From Priapulus caudatus (Eukaryota), in NCBI RefSeq assembly GCF_000485595.1, contig NW_014577087.1:577298-641297 (forward strand): 64,000 bases of DNA, in the 5' to 3' direction. The notes under the pieces are model-generated. The model saw only the letters and a program-made list of their open reading frames with translations. It searched no databases and was not told the origin of the DNA. A program made the translations under genes and the position numbers. Positions 52,707 to 64,000 of the stretch are shown here, piece after piece; position 1 is the first letter of the stretch; every line of letters begins with the position of its first letter.

Positions 52707-52887
52707 TGGTATGTATGTATGTATGTATGTATGTATGTATGTATTAGGTTATGTATGTATGTATGTGATGTTATGTATGTATGTATGTATGTTGTATGTA
52801 TGTATGTATGTATGTATGTATGTATGTATGTATGATATTGTATGTATGTATGTATGGTATGTATGTATGTATGTATGTATGTATGTA
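50630..52887. repeat. ~2.2 kb degenerate (TATG)n tract with an internal N-gap
   Basis: Directly visible; gives MYVC pseudo-ORFs. Confidence 0.95.
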
Positions 52888-53930
52888 CTAGCTGCGGGTA
52901 CCCGCCTTGCGCTGGGTAAAATCGTGCTACTAATTCATACTACTAATAATTGGACACAATAGGAACATTGGGTAAAATCGGACAATAATAACATTGCACA
53001 CAATATAATATTTACAAATCAGTGTAATAAGATAATAAGCATGGGAAAACTGTTACGGTATGACATTTATATGACAGAAGAACCGAACTGTAACACCCTG
53101 GCAACATAATAGTAATATGGTGGAAATGAGGAAAAGTTATATAACAGCATGTACGAATGGGTTGCAGTTTTCATTTTGAAAACTCTGATAAACAATGGTT
53201 TTGCGAGTTATTGTCTGGTGGAAATATGTAGAGTTTGCTGGCGTCTCGAACTGTTGAGCTCACACAGTGCAGCTATCCGATTGTCAGAATCGTAAGATGA
53301 ATAAACGAAATTGGGTATATAGTATAGATAGAGACAGGCAGCGGAGTGGGGTCTGTGTCCATTGGATATTCTATAGTGAATGCTTGGCGCGCAACATGCA
53401 CATTGAAATAAAAAGAATTTTTACTGAATCAGAAAAGGCATAGCTTTCGAATGGTACAAATATGGATTCTAGAATCGTAGCATGAATAAAAAAAAGTGAG
53501 ATATATAGTATACAGGACAGGCCAGCGAGTGCGGGAAATTTGTAATTATAAAAGAAGTGTTACTCACTTGGTACGCGTCGTTTATGCGTTGATGTTGGAG
53601 GCAATCGTAACCTCTCAAACTATATAATACTCATACTAAACTATAGTGAATCTCTATAAATATTTACAAACAGTGTAATCAGATAATTAAGCCATGGTAA
53701 AAAACGTTACCGTATGACATTTATATGACAGCACAACCCAACGTAGAACCCCTGGAACATAATATAATATGGTGTAAATAAGAAAAAGTTATTCTAACAG
53801 CATATGTACGAATGGGTTGCACTTCTCATTTGAAAGCCTCTTGATAAAACAATGCAGTCGTAACCACAGGCACTTGAAGCGTTTCAACTGTAAACACACG
53901 CCGCCGCCATTGCGCGCACACTGACACATA
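52888..53930 (-). mobile_element. Helitron-like non-autonomous element, 3' part (inverted partner at ~54567-55595)
   Basis: On the minus strand it ends ...GCGGGTACCCGC-AG-CTAG|T, i.e. a GC palindrome followed by CTAG-T, the typical Helitron 3' end. Confidence 0.6.
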
Positions 53931-53949
53931 AATATACTCAAATATATAA

Positions 53950-55595
53950 CTCAAATATATATTAGATGTATGTATGTATGTATGTATGTAATGTATGTAT
54001 GATATGTTATTGTATGATGTATGTATGTATGGATGTATGTATGTATGTATGTCATATATGTAGGTATTGTATGTATGTTATGTATGATATGTATGATGTA
54101 TGTATGTATAGTATGATGTATGTATGTATGTATGTATGTAGTATGTATGTATGTATGTATTATGTACTGTATGTATGCTATGTATGTATGTAGTATGTAT
54201 GTATGTATGTATGTATGTCAATGTATGTAGTGTATGATATGTATGTATGTATGTATGTATGTAATGTATGTATGTATGTATCTTCCCTATAGGCGGCCAA
54301 AGACCGACCCAAGCGATCTGGATGCAACTTTTCACAGGCCATCTCTTCATACCCGGGGAGTGTTCCTAGCTGAAAAAAAAACTTGCCAAACCGTCAAACT
54401 CACACCGAAAAATCCGTGAAACCCCCTCAATTCGTCAATCTTTCGCACTTGTCAGCACTGACTGTACAGTGCTGCCACACACAGAAAAAATCGATGACTC
54501 ATTCCATCAGCTGTTGGTATTGTGAAACCGAAACGGTACTAAAAGAGCACAACCAGGATAAATTTACTGTGTCAGTGTGCGCGCAATGGCGGCGGCGTGT
54601 TTTTACAGTTGAAACGCTTCTAAAGTGCCTGTGGCTTACGACTGCATTGTTTTATCAAGAGGCTCTTGAAATGAGAAGTGCAACCCATTCGTACACTGCT
54701 GTTTAGAATAACTTTTTCTTATTTCACCACCATATTACTATTATGTTCCAGGGTTCTTACGTTTGGGTTGTGCTGTATATAAAATGTCATACGTAACCGT
54801 TTTTTACCTGCTTATTATCTGATTACACTTGATTTGTAAATATTTATAGAGATTCACTATAGTTAGTATGAGATTATATGTTTGAGGGTTACATTGCTCA
54901 AAACATCAACCGCCATAAAGACGCGTACCGGAGTCAAAACATTCTTTATAATTACAAATTTCCCCCACTCGCTGGCTGGTCTGTTATACTATATATCGAC
55001 TTTTTTTATTCATGCTACGATTTCAGAATCCTTGTACCATTCGAAAGCTATGCCTTTTCTGATTCAGTAGAAAAAATTCCTTATTTCAATGTGCATGGTT
55101 GCGCGCCAAGCGTTCACTAGACAATATCCACATGGACACAGACTCCACTCGCTAGCCTGTCTCTATCTGTCTCATATACCCAATTTCGTGTATTCACTCT
55201 ACAATCTGACAATGGATAGCTGTACGTGGTGAGCTCAACAGTTGAGACGCCAGCAATCTCTACATATTTCCACCAGGCAATAACACGCAAACCATTGTTA
55301 TCAAGAGGTTTTCAAATGAAAACTGCAACCCATTCGTACATGCTGTTATAATAACTTTTCTCATTTCCACCCATATTACTATTATGTTCCAGGGGTTCTA
55401 AGTTGGGTTGCTTTGTCATATAAATGTCATACGTAACAGTTTTCCCCATGCTTATTATCTTATTACACTGATTGTAAATATTGATATTGTGGCCAATGTT
55501 ATATTGTTCGATTTTTACCAATGTTCCTATTGTGTCCAACTTATAGTAGTATGAAGTAGTAGCACGATTTTACCCAGCGCAGCGGGTACCCGCAG
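53950..55595 (+). mobile_element. Helitron-like non-autonomous element carrying a (TATG)n microsatellite
   Basis: A (TATG)n tract is followed by a non-coding body that ends in the same CCCAGCGC..GCGGGTACCCGCAG hairpin. The terminal CTAG is degraded. Confidence 0.5.
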
Positions 55596-57647
55596 GTATT
55601 TCTAGGACCGCGCATTTTGCCTCGTGTGAACGCTAAATACCGGATTTCTTGCTACGTGTAAACGCGGCTATAAGCCGATCGGCAGTTGGTGCGCATTGCA
55701 TTGTTTATTTCGCATTGTTTGCTTGATTGTTTAAAGCAGCTCGCAGCTCGCAAATACCGTATTTCTGGAGCCGCGAATCAGCGTGTGAACGCTCGGCCGC
55801 GTATTTGTCTCAGATTCGGTATTTCGCAAATGCCGTATTTCATAAATACGAGGTCTCGTGTGAACGAGGCTATTATCTAAAATCATTTAGTATACCCTTA
55901 ACTTCATTCATGCCAATTTTGGTGCTTTTACCACAAAACCCACGATTTTTTCACATATCTGCCCTACTATATCACTTGACGAGCCTTGCCCATGCTCATT
56001 TCCCATTACAAAACATGCAAAAAAGTGCACAATATTCAAACACTCATAAAAATTTTGGATATGTTGTTCTATGACACATCCTGCTCATCTGGTGTAAAAA
56101 TCGTCTTTATACCATTTTTTTCCGGGTCAAAATGCTCTACTACCATATTTTCACCGAGCGCATACGAAAGTTAATCATACAGCACAATTCGGCACGTGTC
56201 TTTTTCAATGCATCCGCGCTGAAACGACACGATAAAACATCACGATATGCTCGCCCACCGTCTGCAATAATGGGCAGCAGAGCCTGCATCTTCGTCTGCC
56301 AACCGCATACTTCATATATTGTTTACAGAATGACAGGCTGCGGTGTAGGCAATTCGCGCGTAAGCTCAGTGAGCGGATTAGAGCGGGACCGGATAGCGGG
56401 CGAGATCGATTGCACGAAATAAGGCGTTCGCACGCGCACACTTACACAAATTCTTCAAACCTACATGCACACATCATACATACGCGCACACACACACACA
56501 CACATATACGCGCACACACACATATACGCGCACACATGCACATATACGCGCACACACGCATGCACACACGCATGCACGCATGCACGTACACACACTGCCA
56601 CACGCGAGCCCGCATACACACATTCGCGCTCACGCGCACACACCCACACATGCGCGCACGCAAATATACACGCGCACGTACTCGCCATAGTATTGTCAGT
56701 AATTCTGTCGGTTATACTGGCTGTAGCACTGGCTATAGTACTAACTAATGTAACTAATGTAAAGATAAAGTACTGGCTGTAAATGCCATCATATTCTTTT
56801 CTCTGCATTGGGACTGTTTTTAAAAGTCTTTACATCTCTCGACTAGTGGTGCCCCCGGACGCCCCGTCCTTGTGCAAACCGAAGGTTTGAGTTCATATAT
56901 GCAGCGGCACGCTCCCCCTACTGGCAATTTAATACAAAACAGGGAATTACATATGGGAATTCACTGGGAATTCGTCTAATCTGAATTCGTGGGCAACAGT
57001 GACAGACTTGACACAGCGTTTGCTGGTAAGCATGTCATCGTAGCATCGCTGAGAATTTTTGGCATTTAAAAGCGCACGAAAAACTATAATAAAACTTAAA
57101 TAACCCTAATTACCTCAATGACCGCACACCGCATGCCACTCACGATGTTTACTCGGTGACGTGACCTTCCGAATTCCCATTGGTTGATACAAATCACGTG
57201 CCTCAAACTCCTCAATGACGCCACAGTGTTGGCAAGGCACATCCATAACACAAAAACACAATGGCTCAATAGCTGAACGCCTAAAGCAGAGACGACATGG
57301 CTGAAATGTCGTTGGATCGAATCCCATCTGTTTTTTTCATTATTTTCTTGTTTTCTGTATTTTTCTATGTTTATCCATATTTACATGATTTATTTACAAC
57401 AAATAATTTTTTTTCGTTTATAGGGTTAGGGTTAGGGTTAGAATCCCAATTCACCATAAAACAGGAGTTTGAGGTACGTGATCTTTTATCAACCAATGGG
57501 ATTTGGGAGCTATGCAGGCCCTAGCTGCGTGTGTGTAACACAGCTGTATATTTCGCCGTCGTTGAATTTCTCTTGCGTTTCGCGTGATTGACGGAGCAGT
57601 TCTTCAGTGATTCTCATGCAATAGCAATGTTTCATGTTTATAAACAT

Positions 57648-58012
57648 NNNNNNNNNNNNNNNNNNNNNNNNNNNNNNNNNNNNNNNNNNNNNNNNNNNNN
57701 NNNNNNNNNNNNNNNNNNNNNNNNNNNNNNNNNNNNNNNNNNNNNNNNNNNNNNNNNNNNNNNNNNNNNNNNNNNNNNNNNNNNNNNNNNNNNNNNNNNN
57801 NNNNNNNNNNNNNNNNNNNNNNNNNNNNNNNNNNNNNNNNNNNNNNNNNNNNNNNNNNNNNNNNNNNNNNNNNNNNNNNNNNNNNNNNNNNNNNNNNNNN
57901 NNNNNNNNNNNNNNNNNNNNNNNNNNNNNNNNNNNNNNNNNNNNNNNNNNNNNNNNNNNNNNNNNNNNNNNNNNNNNNNNNNNNNNNNNNNNNNNNNNNN
58001 NNNNNNNNNNNN
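57648..58012. other. Assembly gap (N run)
   Basis: N bases. Confidence 1.
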
Positions 58013-58654
58013 TGATGAGGGATATTAGTGCGCGCGTAAATGATGACGTGGATCTACTTTATGTCAGTGTAGTAGAACATATAGGTCCTTATGTTAGCAC
58101 AATAATGTACACAGACAGTAACAAATTGAGAGATAATGTGCCGCAAGAACATTTGCATTATACTAAACACACGAACGAGGGAAAGAAGTGGGCTTATTAC
58201 GCGCCGTACTAGTAAAGATCCAAGATGAGAACACCCGAATAGCCAGAGAGGCGTCGCCGAGAGGTGTTTGATACTGCCCGCTAAGTGCGGCGGATCCTTC
58301 TTGCGCGGCAGTTCCGCGGCAAGGCGGCACGCGAGACCGCGGGAACGTCCTACGAAAGTATCATCGCGCTGGCAACATATTGATTCCGTGCGCCAAATTC
58401 GAAAGGTCAGCGCAACGGGATCAATTGCTGGGCCAGAGAAACATGCTCGAATTTTAAGCGGGTTCTAATTCACTAGCTTAACATACGCACACCTATCGCG
58501 CAGGTCTACATAGCGATGTTTCAACGTGCCAAGTCATAAGATCAGGTCATCGTGTATTTGTTATGGTGTTGTTGGTTTGGCAGAAGCGAAGCGTGATGCT
58601 TGACTATTCAGATGAAATTGACCACCATGTTCTGATAGAAAGTGCTGTCTTATG

Positions 58655-59490
58655 AGTGTGCACGTACACGTGGGCGTGCTGGGCGTGCGTGCGTGTGCAC
58701 CGTACACGTGCGTGCGTGCGTGCACGTACACGTGCGTGCATCGGTGCGTGTGTGCCGTGCGTGCGTGCGTGAGGCACGTAACACGTGGATCGTGCATGCG
58801 TGCGTGCCAATGCGTGCGTGCGTGCGTGTGCACCGTACACGTGGCGTGCATGTAGTTGTGTGCGTGCGTTGTGCAACGTACACGGTGCGTAGCGTCGCGT
58901 GCGTCGAGTGTGTGCACGTACACGTGCGTGGCGTGCGTGCTGCGTGCGCGCGTGTGGCATCGTGCACGTATACGTGCGTGGTCGGTCGTGCGGGCACGTC
59001 AGTCGTGCATGTGCTTGCAACGTTACTCGTGCGTGCAAAGTGTCGTGCAGTCGTGCAGTACACGTCGCGGTGCGTTGCGTGTGATAGCGCTACACTCCGT
59101 CGTCGTGCTGAATCACGTGCCGTGCTGTGGTGCGTTCGTGTGTGTTGCACTGTACACGTGCGTGCTGTCGCGCCGGTGTGTGCGCGCGTGTGTCAGGTAC
59201 ATGCGTTCGTGCGTGCGTGCGTGCCGTGCGTGCGTGTGTACGTGTAGCAGGGTCAGACCGTGTGTGCATTGTGGTGCGCTGCGTGCGTAACGTGCGTTGT
59301 GTGTGGCGGTACACGTGCGGGCGTGTGCATCAGTACACGTGCGTGGCATGCGTGTGGTGCGTGCGTGCGTGTCTGTGCGTGTTGGACGTACCCGTGCGTG
59401 ATATGATGTGTGTATGTGTGTTGGCATCGTACACGTGCGTGCGTGCCGTGCGTGTGTTACGTTACACGTTGCGTGCGTCAGCGTGCGTGT
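58655..59490. repeat. Degenerate satellite built on GTACACGTGCGTGC units
   Basis: GTACACGTG recurs many times among (GTGC)n. Confidence 0.8.
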
Positions 59491-59576
59491 GCTGTATCGA
59501 ACAATATCACGCAATACTGCTTGCTGCCAACTCGTGTAAATGTGGCGCATATGACGTCAAATGTTTATAACATGAA

Positions 59577-59624
<48 letters not shown>

Positions 59625-61291
59625 CCTCCTCTCTCTCTCTCTCTTTCCCTCTCTCTCGCTCTCTCCATCTTCTCTCGCTCGCTCGCTCGCTCTCTCTCTC
59701 TCTATCTCTCGCTCTCTCTCTCTCTCGCGCGCTCTCTCCCTCCACTCTCTCCCCCACTCTCTCCCTCTCTCACACACACGCCTCGTACAAGCAATGTAAC
59801 AAGCCGCTATTGTGCGTGCAGTCGTCGGCGTCGTCGGTCGCGCGCCGACGCTGCAAGTGAGCGACTATCGCCCGAGGGGCGACCTCATTAAACGCCAGGC
59901 GCCAGGATCAAGAGGCGCATTATTGCAATACACGTCTTAACACGGATCTATAAGATCAGCATGTTCGCGCGGGCAGCAGCACAGCGATGGCGAACGGGTG
60001 GCCGCGAGCTGCTGCATTCTGGGAATTCGTAAACGCTCGACTTCCTGTTTGTCTGCGCGCGCGCGTCTGTGGCGTGCGGGAGGGAGCGTTGCGTGTTAGT
60101 CGTGCGTATTTGACATTTGCGAGTTAATTATGAGCTATTGGATCGCTGAGGTAGTTTATGTGGAAATTTGTATTTATGATGATGATGACGACGTGCGCTC
60201 GCATAATAATCTGTATTGTATAAGTAACCGAAACACGGAATATCGGTAAGAGGCAACTAGAGTAGGCACGAATGTGTTACCTATTAAACTTTTATGCAGC
60301 CCTTTAAATTAATGCAATAGAGGGTACAACCAAGTAGATTTTATAGTATTTCAACGACCCACTTCCACCTTCTGCAGGCGTGAACCATGTTTGAATTGTC
60401 TATAATTTTGGTGAAGATCAATGTAATAAGCGTGCGGCCAGTCAGCCAGTCGGTCGGTCGGTCGATCGGTCGGTCTGTCGGTCGGTCGGTCGGTCGGTGC
60501 GTCGGTAGATTGGACAATTCCCCAGTGAATGTTATTCGAGCAGCCAGCCAATTACATATAAACAGCACGAACGCGCATTTTGCCGAACGAGAGTTTTAGG
60601 GCATGTATGTTTTCATTCTCTTGCATTTCTCACACTATTGGTATTCCGATATTAACACTATAATGCCTGGAATAAGCAACAACCACTGTCAACCAGCTAG
60701 ATATAACTACGGATTCAGACTATATAAACGTTTATGCTTTTTATTGAAACGCCCCCAATATTACTTGAAACGCCCCCTCTCTATCCTACCTCCCTGCCTT
60801 CCTCCCTCTCTCATTCCGTACTTACCTCCCTCTCCCAATATCTATCTGTTTGATTCATTGTGCGCGTGCGCGTGCGCGTGCGCGTGCGCGTGCGCGTGTG
60901 CGCGCGTGTGCGCGTGTTTTTACTATTTGCAGATCTGTTAGAAATAAAGTTTCCATTTGCTTGACAAGTTGTGTGGGACCGTATTGATGCACTGAAATAC
61001 AGCTTGGGTGTAGGAGACAACAGCTTTCTTGTCAAAATGTGCCTCGTCGATTCTCATATAACAAAACTACGACATTATACGCTTATGAATGGAGGTTGCA
61101 ATTAAATGAATAAATTTTCCCTATTAATAATTAATAATAATTAGCTATTAAACACTAAGACTTAACGCCCACACTCCTTTTTCCACATGATCACTAGAAT
61201 AACAAAAAAATAAAAGAATCTGTGCAAAGTATTACGATATATGATATATAAATATATAAATAAATAAATGAATAAATAAATAAATAAATAA

Positions 61292-61355
<64 letters not shown>

Positions 61356-62098
61356 GATATATGATGATAAACGCGTGCGCACATACACGCATACATACGC
61401 ACATACACACGTACCCTTACACCTAAAAATATCATCCTCACGCTATAACGACTAGTCCCGACCCCCTCGGAAACGCGACTCTATAGCTGAAAGGAAGCTA
61501 CTGACTGTATGCCGCAGCGGCGTGTATGGCGAAATTCTCATCGCGCTAAATAAACGTCACGATACACTGAGGTACCCGCACGCGTGCTGCGCGTGACGCG
61601 AGTCGCGTGCATGCATGCAGCACGTACAAACTCACTAGCTATTCATTTCCATGGCTGAATGGCTCTGAAATTAGATTCGATCTTGCGCGACGTATCGATC
61701 CGATCGCGCCTCGCAGCAACCGCATCCTGCATCCCGCAGCCATACCTGCACGCACCTGTGTCGCAGTGTGGCCACGTACACGTCATATGACAGTAAATAT
61801 ACTATAGCTGCTCGCTGTCCGTCGGCTATTTCGAGGGGCTTCTCTCGCACATTCGCATATGTACGTATGCCCGGATACATTTCATTGATCTTAATAGCCG
61901 TTAATGCTGTCAGCTGGCACGGAAATGGATGGTCGTGGCAGCTCTTTGCGCGGATGAGAGGGAGGGTTGCATGACCGGACCGTAATTAAGCTAATAGACG
62001 TAATATTGCGATGAGATAATGGTCGCCGCGCCACGTCGCCTACATGCAGTGAGTGAGTGCTACTGCGTGCGTGACTCGTGACGAGTGTTTTTGCATCG

Positions 62099-62157
<59 letters not shown>

Positions 62158-62526
62158 NNNNNNNNNNNNNNNNNNNNNNNNNNNNNNNNNNNNNNNNNNN
62201 NNNNNNNNNNNNNNNNNNNNNNNNNNNNNNNNNNNNNNNNNNNNNNNNNNNNNNNNNNNNNNNNNNNNNNNNNNNNNNNNNNNNNNNNNNNNNNNNNNNN
62301 NNNNNNNNNNNNNNNNNNNNNNNNNNNNNNNNNNNNNNNNNNNNNNNNNNNNNNNNNNNNNNNNNNNNNNNNNNNNNNNNNNNNNNNNNNNNNNNNNNNN
62401 NNNNNNNNNNNNNNNNNNNNNNNNNNNNNNNNNNNNNNNNNNNNNNNNNNNNNNNNNNNNNNNNNNNNNNNNNNNNNNNNNNNNNNNNNNNNNNNNNNNN
62501 NNNNNNNNNNNNNNNNNNNNNNNNNN
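62158..62526. other. Assembly gap (N run) inside (TG)n
   Basis: N bases. Confidence 1.
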
Positions 62527-62569
62527 CGCGCGCGCGCGCGTGTGTGTGTGTGTGTAGTGTGTGTGTGTA

Positions 62570-62624
<55 letters not shown>

Positions 62625-63044
62625 CTATTGGCGGACGCCCGGCAGTTATACCTGTAGAATACCTGGATAGGCGCACTGTCAGTCACGTATTGATCGACGC
62701 GGATATACACACATCAATGTCACGTACGCCAAGCCCGCTCCGTACGTGGGCATAGTGCTGCGTCACGTATTCTGCGGGGATATCATACGTTGTCACTGGT
62801 TTTTTGATCTCCGGAACCATGTCGAAATCAGAATCGAGTTGAATATAATTGCGATGTGTGAATGGTCATGAACGGGTATGCGGCGGTGGGCAAATGTCGT
62901 CCGTGCACGATTACGTATAAAATATTTTAAGGTTAGGTTGGTTGCGTTGTGTTTGATTGGTATAAAACATTACACTGACGGCATTTCGCTTGATAGATAG
63001 AACGGGTCAATCTTCCAGGAGCCCTGTTCCAGGAGCCCTGCGGG

Positions 63045-63220
63045 CAGTGGCGTACGCAGGATTTTCGAAAGAAGGGTGTTAGGAGCACGCGAAGGGGGGG
63101 GGGAGGTCTGGGAGAGTTCTCCCCCAGAAATTTTTTGAAATTAGCACCCCTCAGATGCGTTTTCTGCGCGAGCATGGGGGGTCCGGACCCCCTGGACCCC
63201 CTCCCCTGTACACGCCCCTG
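63045..63220. mobile_element. Short GC-rich MITE (CAGTGGCG.../...CGCCCCTG)
   Basis: Imperfect TIR CAGTGGCGTACGCAGG / CCTGTACACGCCCCTG, with an internal GGGGGGTCCGGACCCCC palindrome. Confidence 0.6.
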
Positions 63221-63594
63221 GAAACTGTAGACTCTGATACCGTGTGCGCTTGCACTGACGGGTGGGGTCCCGGGGGTAGATTCATGATTCATCAAGCTGC
63301 GTACGCAAAATATTTTGCGTAAATCTTGTGTGCGTACGCAATCGACGTTGCTTAGTTGCGATTCATCAACACAGCTATTTAGTAAATTTTCGTACGATTT
63401 CGCGTACGCAAGCGAAGCCGTTTTAGGTGCGATTCATCAAGCTAAAATTTACGTAAACCTTTGCGTAGGAAGTGTGTATGTGTCAGAGAGAGAGAGAGAG
63501 GTGTACGTGTGCGTGTGTGTGTGTGTGTGACAGAGAGAGAGATAGAGAGAGAGAGGGGGGAGGGAGGGATGGAGGGAGAAGAGAAGAGAAGAGA

Positions 63595-63660
<66 letters not shown>

Positions 63661-63682
63661 AAGAAAGAGAGAGAGAGAGAGC

Positions 63683-63745
<63 letters not shown>

Positions 63746-64000
63746 AGAGAAACAGACCTCCTCTTCCCCACTCTTCCTTCTCAACCAGCCTGTCACGCAA
63801 TGGCACAAGCCCGCTTTGTGCGTGCGTGTCCGGGCGTCGTCGGGTTGCGCGCGCGCGTGCAAGCTGGCGCTACGGGTGGCGAGGGCAGCGACTCATTAAC
63901 GCCAGGCGCCAGGATGCAAGAGGCGCTTATTGCAATACAGTCTTAACGGGATTCCCTATAGGATCCAGCATGTTCGGCGGCAGCAGCACAGCGCATGTGC

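Noticed and set aside
57262..57330. Functional tRNA gene
   Set aside because: A/B-box-like motifs are present, but I could not fold a cloverleaf with acceptor and anticodon stems.

Overview
Repeat-rich invertebrate (animal) genomic DNA with spliced genes, many microsatellites, small TIR elements and six N-gaps. Two protein-coding genes can be rebuilt by hand from splice sites and reading-frame phases, and they lie tail-to-tail. (1) A + strand luqin/RYamide-type neuropeptide precursor with coding exons 433-592, 5638-5718 and 9347-9435 (~109 aa). It has a signal peptide, QWRPNTRY-GKR, RR-WDPQTRY-GKR and the C-terminal two-cysteine motif CVHTGVENLYRC; the ORF track misses exon 3. From memory these peptides match those reported for a priapulid, which needs a BLAST check. 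(2) A - strand cyclic nucleotide-gated channel alpha subunit (CNGA/TAX-4-like) with coding exons 34212-33916, 32969-32776, 20694-20480 and 17994-16598 (700 aa). About 21.6-31.4 kb is a noisy inverted copy of about 32.6-41.7 kb, including frameshifted copies of the first two CNG coding exons, and 31.4-32.6 kb is directly repeated at 41.7-43.0 kb. These and smaller noisy duplications look most like long-read gap-filling artefacts, though a real inversion allele cannot be excluded. Most other ORF-track entries are microsatellite translations. I found no convincing wholly new biological system. The most interesting real signals are the symmetric cassette exon carrying the second RYamide and the rearrangement around the CNG 5' exons.
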